A stretch of DNA of 64,000 bases from Calditrichota bacterium (GTDB lineage Bacteria > Electryoneota > B3-LCP): the NCBI GenBank assembly GCA_020051775.1, contig JAGVQJ010000163.1:2928-66927 (forward strand), written 5' to 3'. This document shows, piece after piece, positions 36,774 through 43,896 of this stretch. The position numbers and the translations under genes were made by a program. The notes below the pieces were generated by a model, which was not told the origin of the DNA, made no database searches, and was given only the letters and a program-made list of their open reading frames with translations. Position 1 is the stretch's first letter. Every line of letters begins with the position of its first letter.

Positions 36774-39700
36774 ATGAAAAGAATCTTCTCCGCTGCTTCC
36801 CTGGCATTAACTTTAACACTGGCCGCTGCCGTACACGCACAGAGTCCGGACTGCAATTCCTGCCATTTAAGTCAGGGGAAAAATGCGTTACCGCCTGTAC
36901 GCCAAATCCAATCCGAAACCGATCGCGGCTACGGTGTCATGGACAAGGGTTCCCTGGGCAATATCTGCGGCAATTTCGGCATACTGTCCAATTACCACGT
37001 TTTCTTTCAATACGCCATGCACTGGCCCCGCTGGGCTGATGATTCGCATCAGTACTGCTTCGGATTCGCCCCAGTCGTCGCCGTGGCTGATAATGTGGTG
37101 GAATCCTACACCTCCATAGCCGGTAGGGACTGGGAAGCCAAAGACGGCGGTTACGGGACGCAATTTTCCGGGGATGTTCGCGCCGCGTCCGACGATACTC
37201 CCTTCCTGGCCTCCTCTGATATCATTGATACCTGGCCGATGATCGGCGGCGAACGCGCCTGGCCGGGACCTTTCCGTGGAATTCCCGGCAATCCCGATTC
37301 CGCCACCGTGCCGGGGCAATTCGCCAGCGACCGCGACGTTTGGGGTGTTTTTGATGACCATGACAACCAGATTCAACCGTTGGGTCTGGAATGCCGGCAG
37401 ATGACTTATTGTTACAATCGCTCGTATGCCGAGGATTTCATCTTCTTTGACTTGAAGTTTCACAATACAAGTACGACCACGTACGATTCCCTTTATATTG
37501 GCCATTATGGCGATTTCCGTGTGGACTACGACAATTTAGACTTGTTGAAACTGGTAGATACGGACGGTGACGGCAAGCGTGATTTCCTGATATACTGGGA
37601 TGCTGATGAGGAACCGGTTGAACCCTGGACGGTCATGGGGATGATTGGTGTGGCTATAATCAATACGCCGGATGATATCGGCGTCACCGATTTCCACTAC
37701 TTCAAACATGCTGACCGACCGACTACTGACCCCATGCAGTGGCCCATCATCAGTGGGCAGCCGGCTCTCGCACAAGCGCGTGGCATGGATCCAGCTTTAT
37801 TCTTTCACGGCGCTGATCCTCGCTTTGATGATCCGGAAAACGTGGTGTCGCATTTTCCTCCTAATCCACCCCAGGCCCCCTATGGCGGAGCGCCGTTGGA
37901 TTACTTTCTGACGACGCTGTTGCGTGACTTTGCGCCGGGGGATAGCGCTCGCTTGACTCTGGCTGTGGTTATGGGATTAGATTCTGCAGCATTATATGAC
38001 AACCTGGCCACCGCGCAATTAATGGCCTCCATGGGATTTCAAGGGTCTGGCCCTCCCGATCCTCCGATTGTGACTTTCAAAGCGAGCGATCATGAAGCCA
38101 CATTGTACTGGGATCCTAATCCATCTGAAAATTCGGTGGACGTCATCACCAACGAGCTGGATTTCGAGGGCTATAAAATATACCGCAGCGATGACCTTGG
38201 TTTGACTTGGGGGGTAGAGGTGCGGGATTACCTCGGTGTGCTGCAGGGATATGTTCCCTTGGCTATCTACGATAAAATTGACGGCATTCAAGGCGCTGAT
38301 CCAAGCGCGCCCTGGCAGAGCCTGGGGAGCGAATCAGGCTTACAGTACTCGTTTGAAGACAGCGGACTGGTCAACGGCGTGGAATACTGGTATGCGGTGT
38401 GCGCTTATGATCACGGCCTGCAAGGAACCGACCCGGAACCAAGCCTACAGAACGGTTTCGGACGCCCGGAAGTTTCAACCCATATTATCAGCGTGACCCC
38501 AGGAGTTAATCCGCAAACCTACAATCCCATTCCCGGAGGCATCTTTCTACCGCAAATGGGGATGACAATGTCTGGTTACGTGGCGCCGTCGGGACCGCTG
38601 ACATTAGGCACTGCTTTTGTCGAAGTCATAGGCGACCCTGATTCCTTAAGCGGGCACGGATACAGAATCGCCATTTCCGATTCTATGCCACATCCGGATT
38701 CGTCCTTTACGGTTCAAGGGACTGACACGATCTGGTCGTACTTCACCTCCTGGTGGGATTCAACCTGTTATAGTGTCATAGATACAACTCTAGGGGATAC
38801 GCTGATAGCCTTCCACCCCTTCTTTGTGGAAAATGCCGGGAACAGCCTGGCGGGAGAGCAACCGATTGTGGATGGGTTGCGTTTTACCGTAAAAGATGGA
38901 TCGCTCTGGTTTGGTTGGACGCTCTTCCATCAGGATTCCTGCACTTTTGATTGGTGGCGTGAGGCACGTCAGAATCCGATGGGGGAAGCTTGGATACAGG
39001 GTTCTGCATCATTCCGGCTAACGGTTGACTATGACAGTCTCAATGGCGGCTGCCACGCGCAGATTGAAGACCAATTCGGGGGTTATTATCCCGCCATCTG
39101 GGTGCCGTTCAGAGTGGAAATGATCTCGGATACTTCCAACCCCATTGACGTCGGCGATCTTACTTGGATCGTAGATTATGAGACCGGTGTCCTTGGTGGC
39201 ACCGTTCCCTTCCCCCCGAACATGTTCTTCAGCCCTGCGGGCTGGGATTTGGAACCCGGCGGCACGGGGTATAATCCGTTTGATTTCGGCAATGCCTATC
39301 CCGATGAAATCTCCTTCCGGTATTACGCTCCTACTGGCGATACGTCCATCGCCAACATCCGCACGCAAAATTTACCGGATTCACTGGGCGGCATTGCCCC
39401 TACTCAAGGCGACCAGTTCAGCTTGCTGAACGCCAGGTTGACATCCCAGCACCGCTTTGATTTCGGTACGGCTTGGCCGACGTACACACTGGATCCTACC
39501 GCTGTGAATTTAGCACAGATCAAGGTAGTGCCTAATCCTTACATCGTCTCAGCAGGGTGGGAAAGCGGCGCCGACGATCATCGTCTTCAATTTACGCACC
39601 TTCCGCCGGAATGCACCATCGAGATTTATACGGTTTCGGGCAACCTGGTCAGAAGACTACATCACCAATCGGATACAGAAGGGTATCTCTTCTGGGATTT

Positions 39701-39803
39701 GCGCAATGAATCCAAGCAGGACGTCGCCTTTGGGCTTTACGTGTTCTACGTGAAGACTCATCAGGGGCAAGAACATGCCGGCCGATTTGTGGTCATTCGG
39801 TAA
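36774..39803 (+). CDS. 1009-aa secreted protein of unknown function with one CxxCH, an FN3-like domain and a divergent T9SS-sorting-domain-like C-terminus
   Basis: Signal peptide ...AAAVHAQ, then SPDCNSCH. FN3-like EATLYWDPNP...GYKIYRSDD...GVEYWYAVCAYD. C-terminus IKVVPNPY...CTIEIYTVSGNLVRRL...WDLRNESKQDVAFGLYVFYV...GRFVVIR. Confidence 0.6.
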   Translation: MKRIFSAASLALTLTLAAAVHAQSPDCNSCHLSQGKNALPPVRQIQSETDRGYGVMDKGSLGNICGNFGILSNYHVFFQYAMHWPRWADDSHQYCFGFAPVVAVADNVVESYTSIAGRDWEAKDGGYGTQFSGDVRAASDDTPFLASSDIIDTWPMIGGERAWPGPFRGIPGNPDSATVPGQFASDRDVWGVFDDHDNQIQPLGLECRQMTYCYNRSYAEDFIFFDLKFHNTSTTTYDSLYIGHYGDFRVDYDNLDLLKLVDTDGDGKRDFLIYWDADEEPVEPWTVMGMIGVAIINTPDDIGVTDFHYFKHADRPTTDPMQWPIISGQPALAQARGMDPALFFHGADPRFDDPENVVSHFPPNPPQAPYGGAPLDYFLTTLLRDFAPGDSARLTLAVVMGLDSAALYDNLATAQLMASMGFQGSGPPDPPIVTFKASDHEATLYWDPNPSENSVDVITNELDFEGYKIYRSDDLGLTWGVEVRDYLGVLQGYVPLAIYDKIDGIQGADPSAPWQSLGSESGLQYSFEDSGLVNGVEYWYAVCAYDHGLQGTDPEPSLQNGFGRPEVSTHIISVTPGVNPQTYNPIPGGIFLPQMGMTMSGYVAPSGPLTLGTAFVEVIGDPDSLSGHGYRIAISDSMPHPDSSFTVQGTDTIWSYFTSWWDSTCYSVIDTTLGDTLIAFHPFFVENAGNSLAGEQPIVDGLRFTVKDGSLWFGWTLFHQDSCTFDWWREARQNPMGEAWIQGSASFRLTVDYDSLNGGCHAQIEDQFGGYYPAIWVPFRVEMISDTSNPIDVGDLTWIVDYETGVLGGTVPFPPNMFFSPAGWDLEPGGTGYNPFDFGNAYPDEISFRYYAPTGDTSIANIRTQNLPDSLGGIAPTQGDQFSLLNARLTSQHRFDFGTAWPTYTLDPTAVNLAQIKVVPNPYIVSAGWESGADDHRLQFTHLPPECTIEIYTVSGNLVRRLHHQSDTEGYLFWDLRNESKQDVAFGLYVFYVKTHQGQEHAGRFVVIR

Positions 39804-39815
39804 AAGGTAAAAGCT

Positions 39816-40859
39816 ATGATGGAAAACAAACCAAGAAAATACTACCTTGCCAGTTGTCTTGCATTGGCGGTGCTTTTATCATCAGCATTACCATGTGAGG
39901 CTTTCACCAAGAAAGGCACGACGGCCGCTGATTTCCTGAAGATCGGAGTCGGAGGACGACCGGTGGCCATGGCTGGATCGGTAGTAGCCTGCCCGACAAA
40001 CTTGGATGCGCTGTACTGGAATCCCGCTGGTTTGGCCGGAGCAGACAAAGTTCAATTGGGGGCGACACATGCACGCTGGATCGCTTCCATTAACTATGAT
40101 TTTTTAGGCTTGGTCGTTCCCGCCGGGCACAATCTGACCATAGGCGCATTTGCAGCGTCACTTTCCACTGAGGAGATGGAGCAAACTACCATATCTCAGC
40201 CTGAAGGAACTGGAATACTCTTTGACTATGGAGACATAACCGGAGGGGTTGCAGCGGGTTTACGGTTGACGGATCGCTTTCGCGTTGGGGCTGCCGTAAA
40301 AGTAGTTTACACGAAAGCCTTCAATGAATCCGCAACAGCAGTTGCTTTGGACGTAGGCACACACTTGGTGACGGCTTTTCACGGCTTGTCCATAGGCATG
40401 GCCTTGGCCAATTTCGGCACCAACATGAAATTGGATGGTCGCGACCTGATCGTGGAGGGCGATCCTGAACCAAACATGCCCGGTAATGAGAATCGCGAGG
40501 CACGCCTGGAAACTAACGAATATCCGCTACCAGTTACCTTTCGGATCGGGGTTGCCTTGGATCTGTTGGGTGTAAAGCCAGCGCTGATGATCTCGCCGCA
40601 CCATCGCATCACTACCGCCTTATCAGCCGACCATTTCGCCGAAAACGTGGAACAATTACATGGTGGTGCGGAATATGCTTTTCGAGAAATGTTTTTCCTG
40701 CGGGGCGGATACACCGTCAACGATGATTCCCGTTCCTGGGCTGCTGGAGCCGGTGTCGCCGTAGCCAGTGGAAATGTACGCGTCAGAGCCGATTTCGCCT
40801 ACGAAGATATGGGTGTGTTTGATATGGTGCCGCGTTTCAGTTTGGCGCTGGAGTTTTGA
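39816..40859 (+). CDS. PorV/PorQ-family outer-membrane barrel
   Basis: Signal peptide, then GTTAADFLKIGVGGRPVAMAGSVVA...LDALYWNPAGLAG, the hallmark N-terminal motif of the PorV/PorQ (UPF0164-like) family. Ends ...PRFSLALEF. Confidence 0.75.
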   Translation: MMENKPRKYYLASCLALAVLLSSALPCEAFTKKGTTAADFLKIGVGGRPVAMAGSVVACPTNLDALYWNPAGLAGADKVQLGATHARWIASINYDFLGLVVPAGHNLTIGAFAASLSTEEMEQTTISQPEGTGILFDYGDITGGVAAGLRLTDRFRVGAAVKVVYTKAFNESATAVALDVGTHLVTAFHGLSIGMALANFGTNMKLDGRDLIVEGDPEPNMPGNENREARLETNEYPLPVTFRIGVALDLLGVKPALMISPHHRITTALSADHFAENVEQLHGGAEYAFREMFFLRGGYTVNDDSRSWAAGAGVAVASGNVRVRADFAYEDMGVFDMVPRFSLALEF

Positions 40860-41617
40860 AGGAACACCCGGTGGCTGCTGTGCATGACTTGGATGCTCTA
40901 CTACGCACGGGAATAGAGCTATCCCACACCAAACGCTTTGCAGAAGCTGAGCCGATTTTCAGGCAGGTCTTGACGTTAGAACCGCGCCACACGGGAGCGG
41001 CTTATATGTTATCTTTGTGTCTATATTTTACCGGTCAATTCCATCAGGTTCTGCCGCTGTTTGGTCAATTAAGCGCTGCAAATTCTCCCCTTGATTCGAC
41101 TCAAAAGAGAAACATTTCCGAGTTATCCCGATACGCTGAATTTGAAACCCTTCGATTGAATTACTGGGAGAAAAAGGAAGAGAAGGAAGGACAGAAGGTA
41201 GAAATTGGTAAATCTAAAGGGATGAGTGCCCGCCTTCTAAGTAGAGCTGGTAAAGTGTTATTGCTTCCCGATTTTACCGATGTAGATGATGCGATTGGAG
41301 CAAACGTTGAGGCAGTGGACGGCAGGAAATATGAACTAATTCCATTCCATGAACTGGTGATGCTGGAATTCGGAATCGTGAAGCGTTGGATTTCTGCTCA
41401 ATTGGTCTATCGGGACGGAAGCCGTTTAACCATTCAGACACCGATGACCTATCGCGATTCCATGAGGCATGTGGCGCGGGGAGTGCGGGAAGGCTTGGAA
41501 ACTGTCATACAACCGCACGAATCCTCTCCTTCAAGGTTGCTGGCCGTGGGACAGAAACAGTTCCGATCAGGTTCGCTAAAAATACCTTTGTCAGAAATAC
41601 AGCGGATTGAATTTTAA
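40856..41617 (+). CDS. ImpE/TagJ-like protein (TPR-like N-terminus plus ImpE-like C-terminal domain), cytoplasmic
   Basis: No signal peptide. N-terminal TPR-like helices (FAEAEPIFRQVLTLEPRHTGAAYMLSLCLYFTGQF). C-terminal GRKYELIPFHELVMLEF...W..A.L...DG....IQTPMTYRDS...VGQKQF...LSEIQRIEF resembles the ImpE/TagJ pattern as I recall it. Overlaps the PorV-like gene by 4 nt. Confidence 0.5.
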   Translation: MKEHPVAAVHDLDALLRTGIELSHTKRFAEAEPIFRQVLTLEPRHTGAAYMLSLCLYFTGQFHQVLPLFGQLSAANSPLDSTQKRNISELSRYAEFETLRLNYWEKKEEKEGQKVEIGKSKGMSARLLSRAGKVLLLPDFTDVDDAIGANVEAVDGRKYELIPFHELVMLEFGIVKRWISAQLVYRDGSRLTIQTPMTYRDSMRHVARGVREGLETVIQPHESSPSRLLAVGQKQFRSGSLKIPLSEIQRIEF

Positions 41618-41637
41618 ACACTTAAAGACAAAATAAT

Positions 41638-41672
41638 AGCGATCCTCCAATAGGGTGGATCGCTTCTATTTT
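41638..41672. terminator. Bidirectional rho-independent terminator
   Basis: Stem AGCGATCC (41638-41645) pairs with GGATCGCT (41657-41664), followed by TCTATTTT. An A-rich stretch upstream serves the convergent minus-strand gene. Confidence 0.7.
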
Positions 41673-41686
41673 CAGAAGTCTATATT

Positions 41687-42097
41687 TTATCGAAATAGCG
41701 CTTTGATGGATCCCCACGTCTGCTGGATACCTGAGAAGAACAGTACCACTGATTGAACCGGACTCACGACAAAGGTATTATCGTCCATCTGACCCAGGAT
41801 GCGGTAGTAATAGGTTCGGTTGCTGCTCTTATAGATGTCGTGATCTTCAAAGTTATAAGAGGAATTGTTTCCCAATGGTTGCAGAGTTGTAAGCACAATA
41901 TAAGTGATGCCATCCAGGCTGCGTTCGATCCGAAAATTGGAGAGTCCGGTTTCCAGCCCGGATGTCCATGTGAGCAGGACGGAACTCTCCCCTTGAGCCT
42001 GAGCGGCAAAATCATTGATTAAATTCTGAGCCGGAGCTGCCGCAGAAAGGATTGCCAAAATCGCCAGACTCAGCAGAATCGCTTTGCTAAACGACAT
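41687..42097 (-). CDS. Small secreted Ig/FN3-like protein of unknown function
   Basis: Signal peptide MSFSKAILLSLAILAILSAAAPAQ. FN3-like pattern SSVLLTWTSG...FRIERSLDG...YYYRI. GAGGA ribosome-binding site. Confidence 0.55.
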   Translation of the reverse strand: MSFSKAILLSLAILAILSAAAPAQNLINDFAAQAQGESSVLLTWTSGLETGLSNFRIERSLDGITYIVLTTLQPLGNNSSYNFEDHDIYKSSNRTYYYRILGQMDDNTFVVSPVQSVVLFFSGIQQTWGSIKALFR

Positions 42098-42118
42098 ATT
42101 AATTTCCTCGTTTGACTA

Positions 42119-42147
42119 AAGTTAAAGCAAAATGTGGGGAATGTCAA
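42119..42147 (-). promoter_or_regulatory. Candidate sigma70-type promoter (TTGACA-17-TAACTT) for the small secreted protein gene
   Basis: The minus strand reads TTGACAttccccacattttgcttTAACTT, about 20 nt upstream of the GAGGA site and ATG at 42097. Confidence 0.4.
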
Positions 42148-42179
42148 GTAAAAAGCGTGAATATTTCGGTGCTGCATTA

Positions 42180-43043
42180 TTATGGCCCGCTTGTTTGCTG
42201 AAGATACTGCTGATAGGTGGCTACGTGCGTCTGGTCAAGTCCTGTTAAGATCTGAAGTTGATCCACTAAGCCCAGAGTGTACAACATGCGGGCCATATCC
42301 AAATGGTGAATTTCATAAAATCGCGCAGTCGCCGGGTTATCGAAACTTAAGTTTTTGAGTTTCAGAATGATAGCGCGCAAGTATTGGCCAGAAGTTTTAC
42401 GGTCATCCACCCGAAAACGGTAATGCGCCTGGGAGAAAAAATACTCCAATTCCCGATAGGGCTTTTGGGGGCTGGAAAGTAGTCTTTCGATGTAGGCAGT
42501 GCGCTCTTTCCAACCAGTATCGAAAAATTCGCTAAACTTCGATAATTGAGCAACCTGGAAAGCCTTCTGATAATAAGCATCGCCGCCTGATTTCTTTTTC
42601 TTGTCATATTCCTGACCCAGAAGGGCGTACATGTAAAAATCAACCAAGCTTGTGAGTGACTGGAACTGGTCAACGTGCGTCAATTGGGATCCTTGCTGAT
42701 AAGCGAAAAGCCACTTTTTATCCGAAGCTTGAAAATCATTCTGGCTGCCTACGGCTAGGCGAGCGTTATAACGATCTTCAAAACTGGTAGGTGCAGCTTG
42801 TTCAATAAATATGTCCATTTGGACGGGAATGGTGTAGCGACCGGCGTTGTCGGTCCAATCGTATTCGTTTAAGTAGCTGGTGAGCAGGTCCTTTAGGGGA
42901 GCGAGCTTGTCCTTGGATTCCTGCAGCAATTTATCCGTATTGACGGTCACCTGGGCAGTGATACGTTGCGCTTGGATTACAGGCGCACGGAACAGCAGTA
43001 AATCCCCTATGACAATCAGTGAAAAGATGAGTTGATTTTTCAC
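42180..43043 (-). CDS. DUF4835-family protein (PorD-like T9SS-associated protein)
   Basis: GTG 43043 gives signal peptide VKNQLIFSLIVIGDLLLFRAPVIQAQ. The body (TAQVTVNTDKL..., YLNEYDWTD, LVDFYMYALLGQEYD, GGDAYYQKA, GW.ERT) follows the DUF4835 pattern I recall from Bacteroidota. The track ORF's upstream 58 aa overlaps the divergent gene. Confidence 0.6.
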   Translation of the reverse strand: MKNQLIFSLIVIGDLLLFRAPVIQAQRITAQVTVNTDKLLQESKDKLAPLKDLLTSYLNEYDWTDNAGRYTIPVQMDIFIEQAAPTSFEDRYNARLAVGSQNDFQASDKKWLFAYQQGSQLTHVDQFQSLTSLVDFYMYALLGQEYDKKKKSGGDAYYQKAFQVAQLSKFSEFFDTGWKERTAYIERLLSSPQKPYRELEYFFSQAHYRFRVDDRKTSGQYLRAIILKLKNLSFDNPATARFYEIHHLDMARMLYTLGLVDQLQILTGLDQTHVATYQQYLQQTSGP

Positions 43044-43092
43044 ATCGTTCCTATGTAAATTGCACTGGTTTATAAACGGGAATGATCCTGCC

Positions 43093-43896
43093 ATGACAAA
43101 GTGTAATATCCTGTCAACCCTCTTGTTTAATTCACTTCTACTGGTTTGTGTTCCCGGATTCGCGCAGGCGGCTTTTGAAGCTCCCGAACCCCAACCCGTG
43201 TCGTTCGCTTTAGCCAACCTTAACTCGTTTCCTGATTATCTGACCGAATCAACTTCGGGGCGGTGGTGCTTGCATGTTGCCGCTTCCCGTCTTTATGGGA
43301 TGCCGGAAATCCAACCATTTGGTTTTTGGGCGGGCGGGAACGCTCTGGGTGGAGGCTTGCGACTTCGAGGTTACGGTTTAAATAGCGGTACTTATCAAGA
43401 AACCTCTCAAGGTTTGGAATATCGTCGTTTCGTGAATTCTGCCATCGAAGTTGGTCTGGAAGCTCAGACTAACCAAATAGCTATCGAAAAATACGGATCA
43501 GCATGGGCTGGACAGGTCAATGGCCGCTTGAGATGGACTGTCCCAAATCGTTTTACGGTCGCTTTCACTTGGATAAATGCTACCGGTTCAAGTATTGGCA
43601 CAGGAAACTATCCGTTGCCCGGTCGTCTCGTATTGGGTGGCCGAATTGATCCTCAGAAAAACCTGGCGCTTTTCCTGGAAGTGGAGAAAACCAGCAGATA
43701 TGACCTATCAACACGAATCGGTGCTGGATTTATGCTCCTGCGCGACATCACGTTGTTGGGTGGATTCCAAAGTGATCCCAATCTGGCCGCATTAGGAGTT
43801 TCAGCTTTAATTGGCAAAGTACGCGCTATTGCCTCTTACCAATATCATTCCGAATTAGGTTTCTCGCAATGCTACGGAATCGGCCTGATTTTTTAA
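43093..43896 (+). CDS. Outer-membrane beta-barrel protein, uncharacterised
   Basis: Signal peptide MTKCNILSTLLFNSLLLVCVPGFAQA, alternating beta pattern, C-terminal ...CYGIGLIF (terminal Phe). Confidence 0.5.
   Translation: MTKCNILSTLLFNSLLLVCVPGFAQAAFEAPEPQPVSFALANLNSFPDYLTESTSGRWCLHVAASRLYGMPEIQPFGFWAGGNALGGGLRLRGYGLNSGTYQETSQGLEYRRFVNSAIEVGLEAQTNQIAIEKYGSAWAGQVNGRLRWTVPNRFTVAFTWINATGSSIGTGNYPLPGRLVLGGRIDPQKNLALFLEVEKTSRYDLSTRIGAGFMLLRDITLLGGFQSDPNLAALGVSALIGKVRAIASYQYHSELGFSQCYGIGLIF

Noticed and set aside
36888-37505. A 205-aa minus-strand ORF inside the 1009-aa gene.
   Set aside because: It is antisense to a long, uninterrupted ORF with a signal peptide and recognisable domains, and it has no motifs of its own.
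43044-43217. The N-terminal 58 codons of the DUF4835-like ORF (track start 43217).
   Set aside because: The extension overlaps the divergent gene at 43093 and precedes a clean signal peptide that begins at GTG 43043.
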